Source: Podarcis tiliguerta
Lineage: Eukaryota
DNA: 64,000 nt
NCBI GenBank assembly: GCA_965153285.1
Contig: OZ229111.1
Direction: 5' to 3' (one strand)
Shown: piece after piece, positions 11,486 through 22,598 of the stretch
Position numbering within the stretch: the first letter of the stretch is position 1
How the letters are laid out: every line of letters starts with the position of its first letter
Notes under the pieces: model-generated
What the model was told of the DNA's origin: nothing
What the model saw: only the letters and a program-made list of their open reading frames with translations
The model's database searches: none
Position numbers and translations under genes: made by a program

Positions 11486-12055
11486 ATTTACCATTTATTT
11501 GGCTTTTGTAAGGCATTTTCACTGACTTCAGTGACACCTAAAGGAGAATAGCAGAACTCATTTGATTCTATTTAGAAATAAATGGGGAGCATTGCCCTCA
11601 TGTCACAGACCAGCATATGATTTCAAAGGGGCAATTAAAGCTTGTTGAGATTGTAGTGCTTTCTATAAATTATGCTGGACATCCATCCTGCACATCAAAG
11701 GAAGAGTTTGACTGTGACTGCTTTCTACTTGCTATGCTCAGCAGCATAGCGTGGTTTGCTGGTCTCAAGGCGTGTGGGGACGTGGCACACCAGGGGTGCG
11801 GGGTGTAGAGGGTGAACGGAGCCCGCCATGCCAGCCCAGCCCTCACTGCCACCTTGGCAGCTCCCTTTCACACTACGCCCGATTATGCTTCCAAGTTTAG
11901 GTGGGAAATAACCAACCTGTTCATATCTTCCAGGAGTTCAGTGACACACAGGGCAATGTGGCCCTTGTGAATGGAATATTTCCCGATCTTGAATTGCCAT
12001 TTCAGGCAAAAAGACTGCTTATTTCTGACCATAATGTATAGTATTTGCTCAGGAG

Positions 12056-12056
<1 letters not shown>

Positions 12057-12114
<58 letters not shown>
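12057..12114. repeat. Compound (CT)n(GT)n microsatellite
   Basis: Direct reading. Confidence 0.95.
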
Positions 12115-12584
12115 AATGTTGATCATGCTATTCTGAGTAAAGTTGAATTGCCTTGCCCTGGAAATGGCAGAATACTTATTTGTTGTACCTATTAAGTGGA
12201 AGTAAACATTAAAGTGAAATAGGACTGATTCAAGGGAAATGACTTAGCCATTTTGAGATTGTGTTGGTATTCCATAGTCCATAATGATCACGATTATTTT
12301 TTTCAATTAAAGAAGAGCATGTGATAGGCAAACTTCTATTTTCACTGGCCAGTTCCACTCATTGTTATAGCTTTAGAACTTGTTCTGCCTATAACCTCAC
12401 TCTGGAAGGAACACACACATATTTTTCTAATTGAACAATGATTTAGCAAGTGGACAAGATCCAATTTAGATCTGAATCACTCCAAGAGAACCTTATATTC
12501 AGTGTTATACCTAGGCTTTCTTTAGATTGCTGAAGCAAGGACAGTGAAAGAGACATGTGGGAAGGAAACAAGACCCCAAAATAG

Positions 12585-12742
12585 GGAAGGGCTACACCTC
12601 AATAGAAGAGCATATACTGCACTTGCAGAAGGTCCCAGGTTCACTCCCCAGGAAGGGCTGAGAAAGATTCCAGCCTGAAGCCTGGAGAACTGATGCATGT
12701 CAGTATCTAGTAGAGATAATGCTGAGCTAAATGGATTAAAGT
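12585..12742 (+). mobile_element. tRNA-derived squamate SINE (Squam3-like), degenerate
   Basis: Decayed A/B boxes (..AGAGCAT..TGCAGAAGGTCCCAGGTTCACTCCCC) followed by GGGCTGAGAAAGATTCC..CCTGAAGCCTGGAGA..GTCAGT..GATAATGCTGAGCTAAATGGA. Confidence 0.7.
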
Positions 12743-12977
12743 GATTGTTTGGAGGGTGGCAACAAAGGAGATAACCTTTTCAGTTGCTGTGTGCTGCCAA
12801 ATGGAATATCCTCCTCAGCAAGGCCCACCATGCACTAACATTAAACATTATTTCCAATGGCAAGTTAATACCTCCATCTTCTCCCTGGCTTTTAATGGAA
12901 CATGATGAGTTGGTTATCTATGGTGTCTATTTGTGATGTCTATTTTTGTTGATATATTATACCTGGTGGGTATAATT

Positions 12978-13176
12978 ATAATCATCATCATCATCATCGG
13001 TGGTTTGACTCAATTTTTAAAATGTGCACTCTTTTCCCCCCTGCAAGCCAAGATGACAAATTATTATTATTATTATTATTATTGGGTGGTTTGACTTGAT
13101 TTTTAAAATGTGTATTCTTCCCCTCCTCCCGCAAGTCGCCAAGATGACGACTAATAATAGTAATAACAATAATAAT
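12978..13176. repeat. Tandem duplication of a ~62-bp unit separated by trinucleotide repeats
   Basis: GGTGGTTTGACT..ATTTTTAAAATGTG..TCTT..CCC..GCAAG..CCAAGATGAC at 12999-13058 and 13085-13148, flanked by (ATC)n, (ATT)n and (AAT)-like runs. Confidence 0.85.
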
Positions 13177-13329
13177 ATTTCCTATAAGACAGATTCATAA
13201 ATAATGCTCATCCAGTTTTCTCCCAGGACAGGCGCCAAACAGACAAATAAAACTGTAATGCTGCAACCCTATGTGGCCGCTAAACCTGCGAGGTGATGCT
13301 AATACACTCAGTTTCTGAGCAGCCTTAGC

Positions 13330-13920
13330 AGCACGAGCGCACTAACACTTTGGAGGCTCGGCCGGGGCGCGCCCGGCATCTATACCCCTTCGCGCGCATG
13401 CGCCCTGGACGAATCATTAGCTCCTCCCCGCCTCTTCCTGAGCCTCTGGTTCGCCCTGTTACGGAGGTTGGCGCTTGCGCTTTTTCTTTCGGCGGGGGTT
13501 ACTTCTCGTTCCCTCGCGCGTAGTAGTAGTAGTAGCCTCGCGAGAGCGGCTCGTGAGGGCAGTAGCGGAAGCTCTCCCGGACACTCCTACTGAGGAGGAA
13601 GAAGGCTTCGCAGGGGGGAAGAAGAGGGGGCCGCTCGGAGCGGAACCCTGGCGGGCTTGCGGTGAGTCGGAGCTCCGGGGCGAGGGCGGAGGGAGAGACG
13701 GGGAAGAGTCCCAACAAGACACTGGAGCCTCTGCCTTGAGGCTGACAAGGCGGGCGGCCGGCCCCTTTCCCCTCTTGTTCCGCCCCTGCCTGTCAAGGGG
13801 GCCCTGGCGCGCGCTCTTGCCAGCCTACCACTTGCATGGGGGGGGGGGTGGAGGGAAGAGTTTGGTGCGCGCCCCTTAAGATTCTAAGAAAAATATCTCG
13901 AGCTGAGGGAGGCGGGCGAA
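13330..13920 (+). promoter_or_regulatory. GRB2: GRB2 main CpG-island promoter
   Basis: Dense CpG; NRF1 site GCGCATGCGC (13394-13403), GC box CCCCGCC (~13426), CTCGCGAG palindrome (13537-13544). Confidence 0.8.
13460..13661 (+). other. GRB2: GRB2 exon 1 (non-coding 5' UTR; start approximate)
   Basis: Consensus donor GCG|GTGAGT at 13661/13662 within the CpG island; no ATG; GRB2 has a non-coding first exon in mammals. Confidence 0.75.
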
Positions 13921-14774
13921 TGAATCCTTTCCCCCCTTAGCCCAGTAATGATTCACTTGCCAAGGGGGGCAAAGTCCCCCCCCCATCAATGACTGTATTC
14001 TGAGGAGTGGGCATCCGAAAGGGGGCATTTTGCTGAATTCATTGTTTCTTGTGTTGGTTTTTTGCTGCGGATGAATGTTAATAACGTGCACCTTATACAA
14101 AAACGGAAGTTGCAACAAATGCTTAAGCTTATCTTTAGAGTGATAAGTGTAAGCATTGACTTAAATGGGATTCTGATTCCTGAAGCCCGACCTGTTCTCC
14201 CGAACAGGTGTGCATAAGGATTGCTGTGTTATATTGGGAAACAGCTTTTGGGCAAAAAGAAATAAAATGGTGCCACGCATTTAAATCCACAGATATTACT
14301 AGCAAATTCTAATTTGACATTATTGCCCGTGCATATGTTTTGCAGATGTCTGATAGTGTGAAAGAGAACAGATAGTTATTCACAAACTATGACTAAATAT
14401 ATATATTCTATTACTGGCACAAGGAGGAAATGAACCATAGTTTTTGCTGCTGAAGATTTCACAGAACTTCCCCAAATAGTAATGATGACAGGCTGGTTCC
14501 TTAGAAAAAGCTGATTGACTTTACCACCTCTTGAGACCAGTTCTCCCTGTAGCAATTTCTAGGATATGGTAGATGGTATAAGCAGTATAAGTAATTTTTC
14601 AACTGTTCAGAGTGCTTCATGCATACAAATGGTGAAAATGAATACAGACCCAGCTTCTTCTGTGAAACAAAACTGGCAACTATTTGATAAATCAAGGCAG
14701 CTGTCACTTTTAGCGTCTGAAGCCTGTGTGGGACAAACATATGTTATTAATATGAGGCTGCTCTACTAACCCCA

Positions 14775-15127
14775 GGACGTGGGTGGCGCTGTGGGTTAAA
14801 CCACAGAGCCTAGGACTTGCAGATCCAGAAGGTCGGCAGTTCGAATACCCGCAACAGGGTGAGCTCCCGTTGCTCGGTCCCGGCTCCTGCCAACCTAGCA
14901 GTTCAAAAACATGTCAAAGTGCAAGTAGATAAATAGGTACCGCTCCGGCGGGAAGGTAAACGGTGTTTCCATGCGCTGCTCTGGTTTGCCAGAAGCGGCT
15001 TAGTCATGCTGGCTACATGACCCGGAAGCTGTACGCCGGCTCCCTTGGCCAATAAAGCGAGATGAGCGCCGCAACCCCAGAGTCGGTCACGACTGGACCT
15101 AATGGTCAGGGGTCCCTTTACCTTTAC
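14775..15127 (+). mobile_element. Sauria SINE, full length
   Basis: GGACGTGGGTGGCGCTGTGGGTTAAACCAC head, (CCTTTA)n tail, 12-bp TSD CTACTAACCCCA (14763-14774, 15128-15139). Confidence 0.93.
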
Positions 15128-18100
15128 CTACTAACCCCATATTTAACCACTTGCCTGGTCACTGTAACCATTTAGGAATTTCATTCAGGCAACTGAGCAG
15201 ACTACCAGAAGGTCTTTCCTCCTCCGTTTCAAACAAGCTGCCGGTGAAGCCATGAAGCACTTCATCCTTCCTCCAGCAACCCACTGTTTTGCAATATTGG
15301 GTGTGTAGGAGATGAAGTTACCTCTTACACTTGTAACATGGAAGCAAATAAGCTGGGTGATGGAGGGAAGGAGCATCCTTTTCCTTTGCTGCCAGCCTGC
15401 TGGGTTTCTGCAGTTGGCAATGGGCAGGTGAACCTCCTGTGCATCTAACATAATGGGTTGGTAGCAGAACAATTTGTCTTCCCAGCCACCACGTTTTGGA
15501 CACACAGGCAGAAGTTTTGCCTCCTGTGTCTCCAGTACAGAAATGAAGTGTGATGGTGGCAACCGCCCAGCTTGCTTATTCATTTATTTTTATTTAACAA
15601 AATTTATATACCACTTACTCAAACTAAATACTTCTAAGCAGTTTACAAAAGACAATCTAAAATATTAATTAAAAATACCAGTAAAGGCCGACATTAAGAA
15701 CAAGTTACATAATTAAAAGAGAAAACAAATTCCATAATTTAAAAACTTGACTTCAAAGCTTGGTTTTAAGGTAGATGAACAGGATGGGACTTCACCTCCT
15801 GCACATCTAGTGCAGAAACACAGCAGGCTGGTAGAGAAGGGATGCCTGTCCTGTTCATTCAGCACATAAATCAGACTGGCAACTTCACTGCTAGTTCACT
15901 ATGCTTCTGTGCTGACCACAGAAGAGGCAAAGCATCTTCCAGCACACTTAAGCATAGAAACAAGGCCAACAGCAGAGGTGGATTTTCTTCCTCTTTCATT
16001 CTGCCTGCTACATTTCTACCCTGCAAACAATTTTTATTTGCCATATGAGGGGCTGGGAAAAGAAATAGAAAGTGCTACGTCCATTCTGCACCATCCCCTT
16101 GTATGATTTAAAAGTAGGGGAACAAAAAAATATCAGGCTAGTAACTTTGGGGGCTGTGCTATTCTATGATCCCTGTGGGCATGTCCCTTTACCTTTTTAG
16201 GGATGGAGAAGGGGTTATGCTTGCCCCAGTACTACTGTAGCTCTACATTCCATCTAGCCCCTTCCATCTCTAAATAAATACATTTACTACCCATCTATAT
16301 ATGAAGGGATACTGGCTTATGAATAGGAAGTTAGCTTTATAAAAAATTACTTGTTCCAAGTGAGTGGCTAACATAGTTCTTGCAAGTCAACTCTTCGTCT
16401 AAGTATGCTGCTGTTCTTTCCTTATTGCTATGTATAGTAAGTATAAAACAGCTAGGATTAATTTGGATTGCTGTTTTGCAGGACACTCCCATTGAATTTA
16501 AGCATTTTGACTTAAGTAGTTTGCGCTGCTGTTGTGTTACTGCTTGTAGGACAGTCATCAACAATTTAGTTTTCAGTTTGGGCTCTGATTGTCTTGTATA
16601 GATATTTTTCAAGCATTATGCTATGTGCATAATTATCCAATGCATTCAACTTCCCTGAATGAAGCTGCTTGATGGCCAGTGGCAACCACATATTTCTGGC
16701 AATCTCCCTGGCTCAAGTGCCGGGAAAAACTCATTTTCTTCCCCAAGTTCTCTGTGTACCACAAAAGCACAAGAGTGGTCTTGCCATGTTGTGCAAGAAA
16801 GATCCTTCCCTCCTTCCAAGTTATTTGTCATGCATAGATTAACTGGTGGGGTGGAGGTGGAGGAAAGGAGTCAGAATTTCATTTCACAGTAGGTTTTGGA
16901 GACATTCAGAGGGAATAAGTGTACAATAAGAAGTTGGAGAGGGAGATCAGTGACCACCACATATAATATATGGCTGCGAAGGCCAGACAAGATTTGTGGA
17001 CAGGTGACTTTCAAGGGTCTTTGTTGTTGTTGTTTTTCATTTATGGGGGGCACAAATTTTGGCTTGGCTTTCTGCCCGGGCATTTATTTGCATTTACCAG
17101 TGGTCTCATCCCTAGTATCCTCTGCCTTGCACTGAGGGACTGGGAAAGTGGTGGGAGTCTTCTTTCATTTTATAGAGGATACAGAGAAGGTAACAAGCAG
17201 TGAGAGTTTCTTCAGTTCATTATAAGGTATTTCTGCTGTTTCTTGCTTGAAAACTGCATTGGAAATTAGTCCTCCAGAGTAGGAATCTGTGTGGACTGGT
17301 GTCTGATTTACTGCTCACCAGAGGTTGAGGGCACCTTCCCCTACAATCTGGTTAATGGATTTGTAGACAACTGGTAATATAGAAGAGTTACAAATGATTT
17401 TCCTATAAGAATGTGCTTGCATGGATTGTATAGGTTTTAAACTCCAATTCAGTGTTGGAGGTTTGCAAAACAAGGTGGTTCTTTTTCATATCCTTTTCCT
17501 ATCTGGTGTGTTTATAAACAGTGCTGGTGATTCATGCATTCAGTAAAGATTTATTGAAATAAATGAGGCTTGGGTTATAATCCCAAGTATGCTTTTTCAA
17601 GAAAATTCATGGGGCTTGCTTACAAATAAATGTGACTGGGATTATAGTTTGATGTGGGTTAGATCCAGACTTAATCATCCATTGAAATCATCAAGTTAAA
17701 TCAATCACCAAGTTCAATTTATTTCAGTGGGTATACACTAAATATTACTAAGTCTGGGATCCAACCCAGCATGTGTGAGATGGCACTTAATATGTGTTTT
17801 AAGAAATACATGATTTTGAGAGTCTATATGTGTATTGTATTGGAATGTCAAGATTCAGGGGATTATTGTTTATTTTGGTTGCCTTGTTTGGTTTTAGTTT
17901 AGTTGGGCAAGAGTCAAATTTTAATGCAGTTGGATTCATTGCTAAATATGAATGTGTAACTATTGGGGGGGAAACAATACTGCTTTAATTATTGGAAGAA
18001 GTAGTGTGGCTTCTTCATGGTGTGCTTCAGCAGGAGCACACTTAGGGTTTTTTTTTTTTTCATTTAAGGACACTTGACATCAAGAAACTGGCGTTCATAT

Positions 18101-18562
18101 TCAGCTGAAAGTAGTGTGCCTTTGTTCAGAGCAAACATGGAAAGAATTGGACTGCACTGGCTTTAATCAGTCATTACTTTTATAGAATATGCGCCTGTTT
18201 AAAGAGTGTTTCCTCCACAGCAGTTCTGTTTCTCCAAAGCCTAGTATATAAGGATGAATGACTTGCGACTCTGCTGTGAAATCAGAAGCAAAAACTATTT
18301 TCTCTTTCAACAGCCAGCAGGGGCACGATATAGCTGATAGCGAGATAGGGACAGATTACCGTATCTTCCCCTCATTGTAGATGAAACTTTCCTGAACCCT
18401 TTCGACTCGTATTTTACTAGTTAATAAAAGTTTCAGCTAAGTTTACTCGGAAATAAGTTCCCTCCCCCCACCCGAATTTTAAAACCTAAGTATTCATGGA
18501 ACGCTACATTCCAAAAGAAATCGGGGGAAAACCAGCCATGAATAATACCATAGGAAGTGTCG

Positions 18563-18621
18563 TGTGTGTGAGTGTCGTTCGTGTGTGTGTGTGTGTGTGT
18601 GTGTGTGTCTGTGTGTGTGTG
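18563..18621. repeat. (GT)n microsatellite
   Basis: Direct reading. Confidence 0.9.
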
Positions 18622-19280
18622 TTTTAACCCTCACTGCAAAACCAAGTGGGTAGTTGACCAGTACTTTGGAGTTCCTCCCGAACAGGGGAAACCCACATTA
18701 CTGGGTGACTTACACGTTTCTCCTCGTCAGTAATCCGATAGGGGAATCCTCCTGATCTTTGACTTGGGGGTGGGGGGTTGTCGGATTTTTTCCGGTAATA
18801 AGCGCTTTCTCCTTGCAAGGAGGAGCGCCGTGCTGCCTGCGGTAAGGTATAGAAGCCAGGCTTTGTGTGATGCACGCCTCGCCTTCAAGGGAAAGGACGA
18901 GCGCTCAGCAGCAAGCAGCAGGAGCCGCTCTAGGGCTCTGAGGAAGGCTGGCTTGGCTTGGCTAGGGGGCGTGAGGGGGCCGGTCTTTTTTCTCTCTCCC
19001 TCCCTCCCCCACTTGCGCTTTTTTAATTATTTAATTTGCTTCGCCGGCTGGGAGTGCGGGGCGGGGAGTCCTTTTTCCGGGCTCTGCTATTGGCCGCAGC
19101 GAATGCCACTCGGTGCTTCCTGGCAGCCCTCGGTGTGCCGAGCGAGCGAGGCTGCAGAAAGAGGAAGCGGCAAAGCGGAGTTGAGCTGAGAAGAGGAGGG
19201 AGAGGGAGGCTCAGGGCGCGGCCCCTGTCATTGATCCGGGCTACTTCCCTCAATGCTCCCGTCTCTTCCTCCCTTCCTAG

Positions 19281-19657
<377 letters not shown>

Positions 19658-19827
19658 TAAATTTGTCTGCTCTGTTCTGCTCATAGAGAGGCATTTTTTT
19701 TGATGGCACAGCTGTTCTAACGTTGTAAATGGAGTGTAACTTGGTTTATGATTGTATATGTTACAGCCTAGTCCTCAGTTATTCCCTTTCCATATTTAAA
19801 CCCCTGTTTCCCTCTTCTAGGTTTGCT

Positions 19828-20125
19828 GGTGCCAAATATCTAGAAATATTGTTTTGTCATGAGTTAGTACTGTTTAAAAAGCTTGCACTGATTCTACCTT
19901 GTGTCTGCATATATATATTCTACCTTATGCAGTTCACGGTACTCTAGTTTCATTATTTATTTATTTGGATGGGTGTCAAATATCTAAAAAGATTGTTTTG
20001 TCATGAGTTAGTACTGTTTAAAAAGCTTGCACTGATTCTACCTTGTATACCTTGAGTCTGCATAGATATGTTCTACCTTATGCAGTTCACGGTACTCTAG
20101 TTTCATTATTTGTTTGGATGGGTGC
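19828..20125. repeat. Recent tandem duplication (~145 bp x2)
   Basis: CAAATATCTA..ATTGTTTTGTCATGAGTTAGTACTGTTTAAAAAGCTTGCACTGATTCTACCTTG..TTCTACCTTATGCAGTTCACGGTACTCTAGTTTCATTATTT..GGATGGGTG occurs twice, 19828-19971 and 19972-20125. Confidence 0.93.
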
Positions 20126-20519
20126 ACACATATGTGCATACTACACTTGCCAGCTGAAGGTAAAGCAGGCTGCAGTCTATGAGATCTTATACCACAGTAA
20201 TCTGTTTTAAGGTACCACGGGATTCTTTTGCTACAACAGAGTAACTGAGCTATCCTGTAGAGCTATCCTGTATGTCACCTTTTGGTCTGAACTCTTGGTT
20301 TGGAATTACAGGGTCTGAGAAGACTTAGACTTCTTAAAAATCAGTAGTAATGGTTCTCAGAATCGGTTCTTATATTCATTTTATTTAAAAGTAATGAATT
20401 CGTTACCTTGGCATTGAGTTACATTGGATTATATTGGCTTCGTCTGGGACGTTTCAGTTGAAAAACTAGGTGGATTTAGATTATGGTATGTTTGACCTTT
20501 GTATGGCATGTAGTCCACA

Positions 20520-21610
20520 GTTGTTGTTATTACTATTATTAGTTACTGCCCTTCACCCTAAGGTCCCAGGATGGACAATCACATAAATAAAATGGTTCCA
20601 AAAATGCACATTTCAAGTGTCAAAAGCTAGGGTAAAGAGATATGTCTTCAGCATTTGCTAAAAGCTGTATAATGAAGATGCAGGCACACCTCTGTGGAAA
20701 TGTTCCACAACTTCAGCAATGCCACAGAAAATGCTGTCTCCTGGGCCACCATCCCCCTGAGTTTCTGAGCACTGTGGAGCAATGGAGCCTCCTCTGTTGA
20801 TTTTAACACCCAAGGGGGTCTGTGGGGAAGGAGGGCATCAATGGGTGTATAGTGAAGGCAAGCAGGAGTGATTGTGTCAGTTACTCTACACATCTCACCA
20901 TCCCGCAGTGAGCCAAGAGCCTTGACAGGAGCATCAGCCATGCCAGCTTGAAAATCCCCCAAAGCATTCAGAAATCAGATTCCATCAGTCTCCAAATGTG
21001 GACCAACTCAATGGGTCTCTTGCACTTTTCAGGGTAGAGTAGCTACATACAGCCCAAACCTCACCAGGGATTGGTCTGTCCATGACAACAGACTCACAGC
21101 AAGCCCCTCTATCAATCGAGTATTACCAGTCCTTTCTTGGGCAAAGACCAGGTGAAAGGTGTTCCCAGTTATATGTTGGACCATTGATGTTCTGAGACAG
21201 CCCCATGTTTGCCATGGAGGTAATGAAGTGCTGAGCTAGCCCATTCAGCCTCGGCATAAATATTGAAGCTCCCCAACACCACCATGAAGGAGTCCTCCAG
21301 CACCACATCTGAAATTACCTTGGTCAGGGAGGTTGTAGAGCAATGAGGTGGATGGTACAATAGCAACACACCCATTCTCTTTTCCTCCCTCCCTGGTCCT
21401 GCACCAGAAACATTTTCTTCAACCCAAACATGATGTGGATTGGTTTCCTGGTGAGATGGAATTTTATGACACAGCTGGATTAACATAGGGCCACCCAGCC
21501 CATCCATCCGGGTCTCAGTTGTACATATCAACTCTGCCCCTGCACCTGCATCAAATGGATGATAGGTGTTTTATTCTAGATAGACCTGCCATGTAGCAAT
21601 GACAACACCA
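20520..21610 (-). mobile_element. Degenerate, internally deleted L2 LINE (endonuclease remnants plus 3' end)
   Basis: Minus-strand GVLLLYHPPHC..VVLE....VVLGSFNI (APE endonuclease-like) and AFSVALLKLWN (L2 ORF2 end), with L2-type tail at 20520-20575. Confidence 0.7.
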
Positions 21611-22211
21611 AGCTGGGGTGGGGGGTGACTGGCACCCCCCGATTCTGAAATACAGCAGGCAAATGTAATAACACAGGAAGACCCTAATCCTTCTGTAAAG
21701 GCTTATAGATAACAGAATAGCAGTACATAATTTTGTAGGAACCTGACAAAAGTAGTATTTATTTAAATAATTTAGAAATATTTACACCCGGCCTTTCTGT
21801 CTATCAGACCTCCACAGCAGCTGCTGAGAAATAAAAATGAATGCACTGTAAGAATATATTTAGATGCAAGGGTGACTGAGGAAGGCATTGGGGGACAATG
21901 TAAAAAGCCCACTGTCCCAGCTTTGATTAAATTGCTCTACCAAATAAATTAACATTGGCTAAATATTAGGAATACAATCATTTGATGTTGGGCTTGAAGG
22001 ACAAGACATGAGGTTGGACGCAGACAGAATAAGTCAAGCTGGCTTGTCACTTGCCTTCACTTACCTCTTGTTCACAGGCTTTTTGTCTTCTTGGCAGGGT
22101 GAATAATAAATGTTGGTATTTTGAATACTTCAGCCATGAATTATGTTCATAATTTTCTTTCCTTTCTTACCAATGAAATACAAAAACTTTAATTTAAACA
22201 AATTTTTAAGT

Positions 22212-22598
22212 GGGACGCCGGTGGCGCAGTGGTCTAAACCACTGAGCCTCTTGGGCTTGTTGGTCAGAAGGTCGGCGGTTCGAATCCCTGCGATGGGGTG
22301 AGCTCCCGTTGCTGTGTCCCAGCTCCTACCAACCTAGCAGTTCAAAAACACGCCACAAAGTGCAAGCAGATAAATAGGTACCTCTCCGGCGGGAAGGTAA
22401 ACAGCGTTTCCGTGTGCTGCTCTGGTTTCGGTGTTCCGTTGCGACAGAAGCGGTTTAGTCATGCTGGCCAAATGACCCAGAAAAACTCTGCGGACAAATA
22501 CCGGCTCCCTTGGCCTGTAAAGCCATATGAGCGTCGCAACCCCAGAGTCATCTGTAACTGGACTTAACTGTCAGGAGTTCTTTACCTTTTACCTTTTT
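22212..22598 (+). mobile_element. Sauria SINE, full length
   Basis: GGGACGCCGGTGGCGCAGTGGTCTAAACCAC head, (ACCTTT)n tail, TSD AATTTTTAAGT (22201-22211, 22599-22609). Confidence 0.93.

Noticed and set aside
12585-12650. tRNA-like sequence
   Set aside because: Heavily decayed and continuous with a SINE body.
13459-13879. Overlapping ORFs in the promoter CpG island
   Set aside because: Stop-poor GC-rich sequence, non-ATG starts, low-complexity products, and they cross the splice donor.
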